Source of the DNA: Octopus sinensis | Lineage: Eukaryota | NCBI RefSeq assembly: GCF_006345805.1 | Contig: NC_042998.1 | Location: forward strand, 98,890,001 to 98,954,000 | Reading direction: 5' to 3' | DNA length: 64,000 bases | Shown here: positions 1-11,782 of the stretch, one piece after another | Position numbering within the stretch: the stretch's first letter is position 1 | Layout: every line of letters starts with the position of its first letter | Notes under the pieces: model-generated | What the model saw: only the letters and a program-made list of their open reading frames with translations | Databases searched by the model: none | Told to the model about the DNA's origin: nothing | Made by a program: the position numbers and the translations under genes

Positions 1-219
1 TTCCATAGTTGCGTTCACTTACATTATAAGACAAGAGACACAATAGCTACAACTACCCCACCACTCCTTTAAATTATCTTGACAGTACATATTCTGGATA
101 GACATGGTTGCATGGTTTTGAAGTTATGTCCATAAATTATATGATTTTGTAAATACACACTCACACACACACACACGAATACATATGCATACACACACAC
201 ACACATAATATATATATAT

Positions 220-630
220 ATATATATATGATCCGGCCACGATCGGATGGTGTTTGTTACGTGCCCACAGCACGGAGGCCAGTCGAGCCAGTACCGCATC
301 GACTGGCCTCCGTGCTGTGGGCACGTAACAAACACCATCCGATCGTGGCCGTTCGCCAGCCTCATCTGGCACTTGTGTCGGTGGCACATAAAAACACCAT
401 CCGAGCGTGGCCGTCTGCCAGCCTCGTCTGGCACCTGTGTCGGTGGCACATAAAATCACCCACTACACTCTCGGAGTGGTTGGCGTTAGGAAGGGCATCC
501 AGCTGTAGAAACACTGCCAAATCTGACTGGCCTGGTGCAGCCTTTGGGCTCCCCAGACTCCAGTTGAACCGTCCAACCCATGCTAGCATGGAAAGCGGAC
601 GTTAAATGAGGATGATGATGATGATGATAT
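220..630 (+). mobile_element. 3' UTR/tail of the resident RTE-clade LINE (or its partner short element), with ~60-bp internal tandem repeats and a (GAT)n tail
   Basis: Repeated GTGGCACATAAAA(A)CACC units, then the conserved block CCACTACACTCTCGGAGTGGTTGGCGTTAGGAAGGGCATCCAGCTGTAGAAAC...CATGCTAGCATGGAAAGCGGACGTTAAATGA(GAT)n. The same block follows RTE ORF ends elsewhere in the window (62.9 kb +; 1.6, 13.2 and 56.1 kb -). Confidence 0.75.
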
Positions 631-646
631 ATATACGCACACATAT

Positions 647-964
647 AGTGAAGGCCCATGGCTAAGTGGTCAGAGCATTCGGCTCATAATCATAAGGTAG
701 TGAGTTCAATTCCTGGCAGTGTGTTGTGTTCTTGAGCATGACACTTTATTTCACATTGCTCTCCACTCAGCTGGCAAAAATGAGTAGTAACTGTGTTTCA
801 AAAGCCCAGCCTTGTCACACTCTGTGTCATGCTGAATCTCCCCAAGACCTACATTAAGGGTACTCATGTCTCTCAAGCGCTCAGCCACTTGCATGTTAAT
901 TTCACGAGCAAGCTGTTTCATTGATCAGCTGGGACCCTCGTCGTTGTAACTGACAGAGTGCTCC
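647..964 (+). mobile_element. tRNA-derived SINE (older copy)
   Basis: Box A-like TGGCTAAGTGG, box B-like GAGTTCAATTCC and core TTGTGTTCTTGAGCATGACACTT; colinear with the copy at 49481-49803. Confidence 0.75.
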
Positions 965-1366
965 TCTATATATAAATATAAAACATGCTAAACATTATGA
1001 TCATTGCATATTTTTTATTTATTTGAGCAAATTTGGCTTACAACAGTTTCTAGTGGTCACTATAAGTACAACACTGATATGTTTACTCAATTAGTCTATT
1101 GATCAATTGAGAAAAATTAAACAACTTAATAAAATTAATGCTACTTTTGTCAGAGCCATTTCTGGTTATAACAAAACAGAACATTGAAGGAATGGTGAGT
1201 GTATGGGGGAAGGAGGAAAAGGTGGAAAAATGCAAGTAAAATAGAGAAAAGAGGAAGACAGTTTACAAAGGGGTGAAGAGAAGTAAAGAAATGATAGAGG
1301 AAGGGCTCACTTAATAGAAGCAGGAGTATTGGATGGCCATGTATATATATATATATATATACACAC

Positions 1367-1424
<58 letters not shown>

Positions 1425-1581
1425 ATACATACATGCATATACATATACATACATACACGAGTAAGCACATTAATGCAAAACAAGGTGGAAAAAAATAGTA
1501 CTGAAATACTGAAGGTGAAGTAATATGCCATTTTATTAAAGCTGCAAAAATATCACTTTGATAAAAATGTGTGTATATATA

Positions 1582-4135
1582 TCATCATCTATTAACATCT
1601 ACTTTCCATGCTGGCGTGGGTTGGACAATTTAACTGAGGACTGGCAAATCAGATGGCTGCACCAGGCTCCAATCTGATCTGGCAGAATTTCTACGGTTGG
1701 ATGCCCTTCCTAATACCAACCACTCCGAGAGTGTAGTGGGTGCTTTTGCGTGCCACTGGCATGGGGGCCAGTCAGGGAGTACTGGCAATGGCCACATTCA
1801 AATGGTGTTTTTACATGCCACCTGCGCAAGAGGCAGTCCAGCGACACTGGCAATGACCATGCTCGAATATTCTTTCACGTGCCACTGGCACAAGTGCCAG
1901 TAAAGTGACGCTGGTAATGATCAGACTCGAATGGTGCTTTTTACTTGCCACCAGCATGGAAGCCAGTCAGCTACTTCTGGCAACGATCATGCTCGGATGG
2001 TGCACTTAGCACTCCACTAGCATGGATGCCAGTCACCGAATTTGATTTCAATTTCACTTTCACTTGCTTCAACAGGTCTTCGCAAGTAGAGTTTAGTGTC
2101 CAATGAAGGAAAGATACACATAAGTGGACTGGTTAGACCACTGGCATAGGCCATGGGTTATGGTCTCACTTGGCTTGCTGGATCTTCTCAAGCACAACAT
2201 ATTTCCAAAGGTCTCAGTCACTAGTCATTACCTCGGTGAGGCCTAATGTTTGAAGGTCGTGCTTCACAACCTCATCCCAGGTCTTCCTGGGTCTACCCCT
2301 TCCACAGGTTCCCTCAACGGCTAGGGTGTGGCACTTTTTCACACAGCTATCCTCATCCATTCTCATTACATGGTCATACCAGTGCAGTTGTCTCTCTTGC
2401 ACACCACATCTAATGCTTCTTAGGTCCAACTTTTCTCTCAAGGTACTTGCACTCTGTCAAGTATGCACACTGACATTACACATCCAGCAGAGCATACTGG
2501 CTTCATTCCTTGCAAGCTTACGTATGTCTTCAGCAGTCACAGCCCATGTTTCACTGCCATGTAGCATGGCTGTTCGTACATATGCGTTATACAGTCTACT
2601 TTTTACTCTGAGCAAGAGGCACTTTGTCACCTGCAGAGGTAAGAGCTCTCTGAACTTTGCCCAGGCTATTCTTATTCTAACAGCTACACTTTCAGTGCAC
2701 CCATCCCTGCTACTGGTTTGGTCACCTAGGTAATGGAAGCTATCAACTACTTCTGGTTTTTCTCCCTGGAATATGACAGCAGATGTTCTCTGCACATTTT
2801 CAGTGTTTATTGCTCTTGAGCATCTGCCACATACAAAATCTATCTTCCCAATCAGCCTTCCTTTGATATTGCTGCACCTCTTTTGTATTCATAGCTTACA
2901 CTGGGTACATCTTATAGAGTTTCTACCTACACCTTTTCTACAGATCGAGCAGGGCCATCTACCTGAAGGGATTTGTGGTTTGTCTGCCTTCCTGCTTACT
3001 AGGACTTTGGTTTTAGCTAGGTTGACTCTAAGGCCCTTCGATTCTAATTCTTGCTTCCACACCTGAAACTTCTCCTCTAGTTCTGATAGTGACTCAGCAA
3101 TTAGAGCAAGGTCATCAGCATAGAGGAGTTCCCAGGAGCATCCTGTTTTGAATTCCTCTGTTATTACCTGGAGGACTATGATAATAGGAGGGAGCTGACG
3201 ACTGAACCTTGGTGGACCTCTACTTCCACCTATAATTCTTCACTGTACTCGTTGCCAACCCTCACCTTATTAGTGTCCCTGTACAAACCTTGATCAGTTT
3301 TCACTAACCATTCATCTATCAATAGTTTCCTCATTGTCTACCAGATAAGGGATCGGGGGACCCTTTAAAAGTCTTTCTCCATGTTAACAAAAGCCAGGTA
3401 CAGAGGTTTATCTTTGGCTAGGTATTTCTCCTGCAGCTGTCTTACAAGAAATATAGCATCAGTGGTGCTTTTCCTTGGCATGAACCCAAACCACATCTCA
3501 TCTAAACTGATTCTTTCCCTAATTAGTTGGGCTATGACCCTCTCCATGACCTTCATTACCTGATCCAACAACTTGATACCTCTGTAATTATTTGTATCTA
3601 AAGCGTCACCTTTACTTTTGTAACAGTTGACTATGGTGCTGCTACACCGGTCATTGGATATGACTCTTTCGTGTATCACCTGGTTAACTATACAGGTGAC
3701 TATGCTATAGCCAACACCGCCAAATATTTTGAGCATCTCTGCAGTGATTCCTGATTGGCCGGGGGCTTTCCCTGTCCCTGTCTTCATACTTTTAATTGAT
3801 TTATCTACCAAGGTACTTTCAATCTGGAAAGCTGGTCCCTCTGTTGGGTCGACATTTGGCAGACTCTCTGTCTCCCATTCATTCTCTTTATTGAGCAACT
3901 TTTCATAGTGGTGTCTCCAAACCTCTCTCTTTGCAGCCTTGTTTAGTGCAAGTGAACCATCATCCGTGCGGACACATTTCTCTCCTACGACATCATGATT
4001 CTCTCTCACATACTTCCGTGCAACATGAAGTGCCCCAAGTCTTTGGTCCTCATGCAGAACATTGTCAAATTTTTTTCTTATCTACTTCCCCTCTGGCTAA
4101 ATAAACCTATCTCCTAGCTTCCCTTCTGGCAGTCT
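1582..4135 (-). mobile_element. 5'-truncated RTE-clade LINE with degenerate reverse transcriptase and 3' tail
   Basis: ORF pieces 3365-4009 (KAPG..GI..EMLK, NYRGIKLLDQVMKV, STTDAIFLVRQLQEKY, AFVNMEK), 2457-2795 and 2214-2441 (GRGRPRKTW); YADDL motif near 3120; tail as in the first feature. Confidence 0.9.
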
Positions 4136-4150
4136 GATATATATATATAT

Positions 4151-5165
4151 ACACTAAGGTGTTGGACAAAATAATGAAAACACTTAGCATCATAGCACCA
4201 TAATTATCTTAATTTTGAAATATCTATAAAACCATCAAAAGCTTGTTTATTCTTGTTTTCTGATTTATTATTAGCATTGCTTAATATATTTTGCTAAAAT
4301 TGCTGTTTCTTTTCAGATATCATCAGAAAAAGCTAATGAAAACTTATTAAAATGATGGATCTATCGGACTTTCAAAGAGGTCAAATTGTTGGTGCTCATA
4401 TGGCAGGCACAAGCATAACAAAAACAGCCAAAATGTTTGGTATATCAAGAAGTACTGTCTTGAAAGTAATGACGGCCTTTGAGAAAGAGGGAAAAACTTC
4501 CCCTTTGAAATAAAACTCCGGAAGAAAACCCAAACTTTCAGAAAGGGACCGTCAGACTCTTACACAAATTGTTAGAAAGAATCATAAAAGTACAGCACCC
4601 AAAATTACTGCAGAGCTTAATGACCACCTTGAGAACCCAGGTTCCACAAAAACTGTTCACTGGGAGCTGCACAAAGCCGGATTTCATGGGAGGGCTGCAA
4701 TCAGAAAACCACTACTTTCAACAACAAACGTTGCAAAGCATTTAGAGTGGAGTAAAAACCTACAGAATTAGTCCCTAGAGCAGTGGAAGAATGTTATTTT
4801 CTCGGACGAGTTGTCCTTTACCTTAATTCCAACCACAGCCGAGTATACGTGTGGAGACAGACAAAAGAAGCATTTGACTCAGACTGCCTTCTTTCAACTG
4901 TTAAACATGGAGGAAGATCTGTGATGATCTGGGGAGCTATATCTTGGGAATCCACCAGCCCAATGGCTTCCCTTCAAGACTATTTAAGTACTTTATCTGA
5001 TCAAATTCATCCTATAGTTGCAGAACTGTTTCTGGAAGGAAACACAATCTCTCAGGATGATAATGCAACAATTCACCAATTCACACAGCTAAAGTTGTTA
5101 CTGAATGGCACGGGGAACATTCTAGTGAAGTTGAACATCTTATCTGGCCACCACAGTCCCCAGAT
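4151..5165 (+). mobile_element. Degenerate Tc1-family DNA transposon lacking its right end, flanked by (TA)n
   Basis: Starts TA|CACTAAGGTGTTGGACAAAATAATG. Transposase remnants QWKNVIFSDE (~4782-4810), VKHGGRSVMIWGAISW and QDDNATIH; multiple stops and frameshifts. Confidence 0.8.
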
Positions 5166-5294
5166 ATATATATATATACATACACACATATACCCACTCT
5201 CATCATTTGACATTTATGTGTGTGTGTGTGTGTATACATATATATATATGTATGTATATACAATAAGAGAGAGAGAGAGAGAGAGAGAAGCACT

Positions 5295-6910
5295 TAACAA
5301 AAGATAAACCTCAGTACTTAGCTGTTGTTGACTTGGAGAAAGCTTTGAACAGGGTCCCCACTTCCCTCATTTGGTGAACAATGTGGAAGCTAAGGAAAGA
5401 TGAGTGGTTGGTGAGAGCCATAAAAGCTATGTACAAAGATGCTGTCAGAAAGGTGAAGGTCAGCAACAAGTATAGCAATGAATTTAGTATAGATGTAGGA
5501 GTTCACCAACGATTGGTTCTCACCGACCTCTTGTTTATTATAGTCCTCCATGCCATAACAGAGGAATTCAAGACTGGCTGATCCTGGGAGCTTCTCTATG
5601 CTGATGACCTTGTTCTCATAGTTGAATCACAACCTGAACTAGAGAGGACATTTCAGGTGTAGAAGCACAGTCAAGAATAAAAGTGCCATAGAGTTAATTT
5701 AACAAATACCAAAGTCCTAGTAAGTAAGAAAACAGACAAATCACCAGGGGATAGTTCTACTCTATATATAAGAAGTGTTGGGAGAAACTCCATTCAGTGA
5801 ACTAATGCAAGCTTTAAAGACAACAAGTATCATGGGAAGGTTAACAGAGAAAATAGTCTTTGTGTGTGGAAAATGTGCAGGTACAACAAGCAATAATAAT
5901 GTCCAGAGAATAGATTTCCTGCATTGCCTGGAAGGATCCTTAGAAGCTGGAGATTGCTTCTGTTACCTGGGCTATCAAGAGGAGGAAGTTCTGAAAACTT
6001 AGTTGCTAGAATAAGAATGGGCTGGGCAAAGTTCAGAGAGATACTACCTTTGTTGGTAACAAAGGTTTTCTTCCTTAGAGTGAAAGGCAGATTGTACAAT
6101 TATGCTACATGGCACTGAAACATGGGCTATGACTACAGAGGACATGCGAAGGCTTGAATGAAATGAGGTGAGTATGCCTGCTGGATGGGTAATGTCAGTG
6201 TACACTTACAACATAGTGTAAATGACTTTAGAGAAAAACTGGGTATAAGAGGCATCAGACATTGTGTGAATGAGAGAAGGCTGTGCTCGAATGGTCATGT
6301 GATGCATATAGATGAGAACAGCTGCATAAAGAAGTGCTGATCTCTAATTGTGAAAGGAACCTGTGGATGGAGTACATCCAGGAAAATGTGGGGCAAAGTG
6401 GTGAGAAAGGATCTTCAGATGCTGGGCCTCACTGAGGAGATGATAAGGAACTGAGACCTCTGGCGATTTGCTGTACTTGAGAAGATTGGAGCCATACATA
6501 CATGTACCTTACGGCTATGCTTCTACTCCCTCTCTCAGCAGAGAGAACTTTGACTGGCATGTGCCAGTGCCAATGCACCCATTCAGGTGCCATGTTAAAT
6601 GCACTAGTGCCAGTTCCACATAAAATGAACATTGCTAGTGCCATATACAACATACTCATGCTGGTGCCACATAAAATGCACTTGTGCTGGTGCCACGTAA
6701 GAAGCATCCATACCAGTAGCACTTAAAAAGTACCAAGCACACTTGGTAAAGTGGTTGGTATTAGTAAGGAAATCCTCCATGTTTAACCATGCTAAACAGA
6801 CAATTGGAACCAGGACAGTTCTCTGGCCTGGCAACTATTGTCAAACCATCCAATACATGTCAGCATGGAAAACAGATAGTGATGACAATGGTGATGATGA
6901 TGATGATGAT
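5295..6910 (+). mobile_element. Degenerate RTE LINE fragment (RT C-terminal half) plus tail
   Basis: DLEKA..RVP, VGVHQ...L.DLLFIIVL, YADDL (~5597) and ARIRMGWAKFREILPLL pieces; homologous to 2100-3400 in the opposite orientation. Confidence 0.85.
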
Positions 6911-7500
6911 GACAATATATATATATAATATATATATATATTATATATATATATATGCCAGTGTCACATAACTGGCCTGTTTAAAAGTACCCTTCAATCG
7001 TGCTTGAAAAAATCTGTTGAGTCAAGTGAAATTGTAGTTGTGGCCAATGCCAGTGCTGCCTGACTACCACCAGTGCCAGTAGCACGTAAAAGCACCATTC
7101 AAATGTAGCCAATGCAAGTTCTGCTTGACTGGTACCCGTGCTGGTGGCATGTAAAAAACACCATTTGAGTGTGACTGATACCAGTGCTGCCTGACCAACA
7201 CCCGTACCAGTGATATGTGAAAAGTACCATGTGGGCGTGGTCGATGCTAGTGCCACCAGTCTGGTTCCTGTGCCAGTGGCATGTAAAAAGTCCCCACTAC
7301 ATTCTCAGAGTGGTTAATGTTAGGAAGGGCATCCAGCTGTAGAAACCCTGCCAAACCATCCCACCCATGCCAGCATGAAAAGCAGATGTTAAACGATGAT
7401 GATGATATATATCATGATGATGATGATGTATATATATATATATACTTTTATCTATCTATCTATCTATCTATCTTTCTATCTATCTATCTATCTATCTATC

Positions 7501-7541
<41 letters not shown>

Positions 7542-7551
7542 TATATATATA

Positions 7552-9467
7552 ATAATAAATATTAGGGAATAAATCCAAATTTACTGGGAAAAAATCAGAT
7601 TTAGGATTAAATCGATTTTATAGTAAAATATTATAAAATATTATTCGAGACAAAACCACTATTTTGCAAAACAAACAAGGAAAGACTTAATCAATACATA
7701 AATTTTAATAAATAGTCAAAAAAACCGCCACTACAATCGTTTCTTGTCTTGATCGACAATCTTCAGGTGGACTTCCAATCTAAAAAATCAATATTTTAAA
7801 AAATAAAATAATAATTTTAAAATAATTAAAGTATGAATGAAAAATATAAGTATATAATCCATATATAACCTATCTATAATCCATATATAATCAATATATA
7901 AACAATATATAAACTAAAAAAACCTATCAACAATTAAATATAAAATATAAAATATAAAATATAAAATATAAAATATAAAATATAAAACAAAACAAAAAAA
8001 ATAATAATAATATAATATTAAACTATATATACACCCATACGCATATACCTAATTATATATAACCATATCTAACTACATACACTAAATCACACACCTATAT
8101 ATATATCCCTATACATACACATAAAAATGTCTAGGCAACTATAAATAAATAAAATAGCTAAATACTTCAACACAATACTTATTCATACTCCCACACACAC
8201 ACACATACAACCCACATTCACGCTCTAGAAAATGGACATCACTCAAAACTATGAACGGAGAAATAGAATAAATGGAATTAAAAATTATATTCACTTGGTA
8301 AAACGAACACTACTTAAAAATTATGAATGAAACAATGCAATAAAACAACAGACATCGCAAATAGACACAAATTACTACAAATTCCTTATCAAACCTACCA
8401 TGATAACCAAAACTCATAAAAACATATAATGATAACATCTCCCTTTACTAAACTCTATAACAAACCTATATAGCAATCCCCCTAACCTAAACATTCACAC
8501 ACAAATACACACACGTAAACTACACACCCACGACATATACAAATACCCACACCACTTACACATACCAATACATACATATAAACCTCAACATATACTCCAA
8601 AACCCACTCAACCCCACACAGACAAATAAACACAAAAATTATGAATGGATTCTTTTATAAAACTACCATGATAAGCTAAAACTCACAAAACAGAAATGAT
8701 AAAACCTCCCTTTACTAAACACTAAAACATACTTATATAGCAATTCCTTTAACCAATACATTCACACACAAAACCACTCGTAAACCACACACCCATAACA
8801 AATACAAACTCCCACCCCACTCACACACACCCACAAGTACATATAAGCCTCAACATATACACCAAACAAAATTACTTTACCAAGGAACTTAACATATATA
8901 TAAAAAGTATAACCACTCTGGAAACGAACATCTCTAAATTAATGAATGGAGAAATGGAAGAAATGGAATTAAAAATAAAATTCACGTGGCAAAACGAACA
9001 CCACTCAAAAATTATGAATGAAACAATATAATAAAACAACCAACATCGAAAAAAGACAAATTACTACGAATTCCCTAAAAAAAAAAAAAAAAACCATGAT
9101 AAACCAAAACTCTTAAAAAACATATAACGATAAAATCTCCCTTTGCTAAACTCTATAACAAACCTATATAGTAATCCCCCAAACCTAAACATTCACACAC
9201 AAACACACACGTAAACCACAGACCCACAACTTATACACATACCTAAACTAACTTATAAACCTCCATATACACCAAAACCCACTCCCTCCCACACAGACAA
9301 ATTAACTCATACATCCCAAAGCCTAAATAACAAACCCATATACACATTCACACACAAACACACACACACGCAAAACACACACACACAACAGATACATATA
9401 CTCCCTCACATATACGCATATACATACTCACTAAACTCAATATATACAACAATATTTACACACCCAC
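7552..9467. mobile_element. Penelope-like (pLTR-type) repeat block, strongly A/C-skewed, with internal ~240-410-bp tandem repeats
   Basis: Contains a type I minimal hammerhead, a known hallmark of Penelope-like element pLTRs. Sub-unit CCATGATAAnCnAAAACTC...CACACAnA..CnC.CGTAAAC recurs at ~8398, ~8666 and ~9094; a longer unit recurs at ~8225 and ~8919. No RT or GIY-YIG ORF is visible, so the class call is an inference. Confidence 0.55.
7726..7772 (-). ncRNA. Minimal type I hammerhead ribozyme motif
   Basis: Minus strand reads GTCCAC-CTGAAGA-TTGTC-GATCAA-GACAA-GAAAC-GATT-GTA^GTGGCG. CUGANGA and GAAA cores are intact; stem II TTGTC/GACAA; stem III AC/GT; GUA triplet; stem I CCAC/GTGG. Confidence 0.75.
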
Positions 9468-9989
9468 ATGTCGCTTCTACGGGGATGTATTCGCGCTGGG
9501 TTGACATGTAACAATAGAGCTTTGTATCCTAAAACCCTGCAGCCACACTTGCTGGCAGCTAAACAGATTGGTTTTCCATCTCTCTCTCAGAAAACACTTA
9601 TGTTAACCTCCACTAATTCAGCATGGTGGGACTACTTTCGACCACGTTTAGGGCCATTTACTCCCGCTGAGAAGAAAGGAAAACATATGATGCTGGCCTC
9701 TACTCATTGGAAACTCGAACGGATTGTTGCTATCAGCCTTCTGGGAACACTACCAGCTGCTATAATTAGCCCAAATTCTGTGACAGATTTTCTTTTAGTG
9801 ACTTCATTTCTATTACATAGTCATTGGGGTATTGATTCAATTTTGCAAGATTACGTAGCAAAGTATATTCCTTGGATCCAGAAGGTTTGGCTGCTTGTCA
9901 GCATTCTTGCAATGGCTGGATTACTGCATTTCAACTACAATGATATTGGCGCCTCTCGTGCTTTGCTCTTACTATGGAGTATTCATTAG
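9468..9989 (+). CDS. SDHD: Succinate dehydrogenase cytochrome b small subunit (CybS), intronless, 173 aa
   Basis: ASTHWKLERIVAISLLGTLPAA..SP....D..L...LLHSHWG...ILQDY......FNYNDIG....LLLLW matches the SDHD/CybS family (human: ASLHWTSER...LHGHWGL..VVTDY...FNYHDVGI...MLW). Heme His and quinone-site DY are retained. The basic, acid-free first ~54 aa resemble a mitochondrial presequence. ATG to TAG is uninterrupted. Confidence 0.93.
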   Translation: MSLLRGCIRAGLTCNNRALYPKTLQPHLLAAKQIGFPSLSQKTLMLTSTNSAWWDYFRPRLGPFTPAEKKGKHMMLASTHWKLERIVAISLLGTLPAAIISPNSVTDFLLVTSFLLHSHWGIDSILQDYVAKYIPWIQKVWLLVSILAMAGLLHFNYNDIGASRALLLLWSIH

Positions 9990-10074
9990 TCCTGAAATTG
10001 TACTCCTCCTACTCTGCCGCCCACACCACCCTCTCAGTACTACTCATTCAGCACATGCACACACATAAATTTAT

Positions 10075-10109
<35 letters not shown>

Positions 10110-10250
10110 GTGGAAATCCTGTTACTTACACATAACTAATATATAGGAAATAGAAATCAGCTTCCACTGGAAACCTCACTGCAGAATTTTTCACTTATTT
10201 TAGCTTGTGTATGTATCTGTGTTTATTATTATTATTGTTATTATTATTAT

Positions 10251-10470
10251 TGAAGGTGGCAAGCTGGCAGAATTGTTAGCATGCCGGGCAAACTGCTTAG
10301 CAGTATTTTGTCTGTCTTTATGTTCTCAGTTCAAATTCCGCCGAGGTTGACTTTGCCTTTCATCCTTTTGGGGTTGATAAAATAGGTACCAGTTGAATAC
10401 TGGGGTCGATGTAATTGACTATCCCCATCCCCCAAATTTCAGGCCTTGTGCCTGTAGTAGAAAGGATTAT
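10251..10470 (+). mobile_element. tRNA-derived SINE with Deu/Nin-type central domain
   Basis: GTTCAAATTCCGCCGAGGTTGACTTTGCCTTTCATCCTTTTGGGGTTGATAAAATAGGTACC core; related copies at ~47488-47700 (+), ~43555-43770, ~44390-44598 and ~45920-46090 (-). Confidence 0.7.
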
Positions 10471-10846
10471 TATTATTATAAAAACTAAGATAGTGGAATA
10501 GCAGAAACAGTAGTAGCACACTGGATTGAATGCTTTACAATAGTTAATTCCACCTCCTCAATTGTCTGAGTTTTAATTTCATTGAGGTATACTTTGTCCT
10601 CCATTCTATCAGGCTTGATTCAATAAATGTCAGCCTTGTACTGGGATCAGTTCACTTAACTGTACCACTATACTATCTGTTGCTTTGCATTAACCTAAGA
10701 GATTATTATTTTTGGCAGAGAGCACTTGTGGTTCCTTTCTTTCTTACACAAACACATAGCCTTAAATTCTTACTCTTTTGGTTATAAGTTCTCTAGAACT
10801 TGCCCACTCATTATAATTTACATTCTCAATATTGCGAGATATTTAC

Positions 10847-11213
10847 TATTAGAAGATTTATGGAGAAGTTCCAGCAAAGTGCTTATGATGTTATCAACAA
10901 TCTGTTTTTCACTTGGTGCTGCCCGCAGCGCCATTATTAAAATAGGCAGACCATTCTGTCGAATGAAGGACTCTTTGGATGCAGCATCAAATTTGCTTGA
11001 TGTAATTATTAGATGGATCTTTCCAGTCGCAAACCGTAACTGCAGTAGATCCTCTGCTGCATCTCGTCTCGATCCACCACACATGTATGATGGTCTGCTG
11101 CAGATTCTCTCAATTGTTTGCAAAAACTGATTACTTCGAGATCCACTTCGATCCATTTTACCTCCTTGAGGTTGGTTGTCTATCATTTTCTTACAGCGTG
11201 TTTCCTCCATCAT
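10847..11213 (-). CDS. AGTPBP1: Probable first coding exon of a cytosolic carboxypeptidase 1/4-like (Nna1) gene, N-terminal armadillo-like region
   Basis: FLQTIERI...RFATGKIHLIITS...NGLPILIMALRA...IVDNIISTLLELL parallels human CCP1 LLAQLEKI...RYVTSKILHLAQS...TGMEILLSTLEN...TTLNILSILVELV (from memory, not a search). Phase-1 donor AATA|GTAAAT at 10846. No further exon was found to its left within the window. Confidence 0.6.
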
Positions 11214-11229
11214 TCTGTCTAAAGCAGAT

Positions 11230-11660
11230 CTACCAGTAAAAAAAAGTCGCTTGTTTGCGTTTGTTTGAATACGTGTATGTTACACGAATGTATATAAGTA
11301 TATTTGCATGAGTGTAGACGGTTAATATTAAATTTTGGTCAGTATTGTTAATAAGAGCTGCAGAGACTTCCCTTGGAGAAATTCTGAACGAAAGAGAAGG
11401 CGTTCAGAGATGGAACGTAGACAGTTTGGAGAGGCGCTAAACAGGACGAAAAATAAAAACAGACATAAAACACGAAAAACAAAAACAAAAAAACTGTTCG
11501 ACAATAACAATTTTGGTCAAAGCAATGACCTATGAAGACTGGTCTATGTTGAAAAGGGACATCTTCTCGGTGATTCCTCACAGTTCAAATATAGGAATCC
11601 TAGGACAAAACATATGATTTGGAGGTCGAAAAAAATGACTTTAGAGAGTCGAAATTAATT
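11230..11660. promoter_or_regulatory. Putative promoter/5' UTR of the CCP1-like gene
   Basis: Unique, non-repeat sequence directly upstream of the ATG with visibly more CpG than the depleted background. A possible acceptor (T-run, ACTGGTAG) near 11233-11245 on the minus strand could instead make the exon internal. Confidence 0.3.
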
Positions 11661-11678
11661 CTAGTAGTGTCAAAGAAG

Positions 11679-11782
11679 AAGAAACGATTGTAGTGGCGGT
11701 TTTTTTGACTATTTATTAAAATTTATGTATTGATTAAGTCTTTCCTTGTTTGTTTTGCAAAATAGTGGTTTTGTCTCGAATA

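Noticed and set aside
1154-1194. Plus-strand exon-like segment (ttttgtcag|...ATG|gtgagt; PFLVITKQNIEGM)
   Set aside because: Good splice signals, but it is isolated, only 41 nt, has no partner exon or recognisable homology, and would overlap the minus-strand gene; chance is plausible.
11328-11581. Three overlapping short ORFs upstream of the CCP1-like ATG
   Set aside because: Low-complexity A/T runs and no recognisable protein; more consistent with UTR or promoter sequence.
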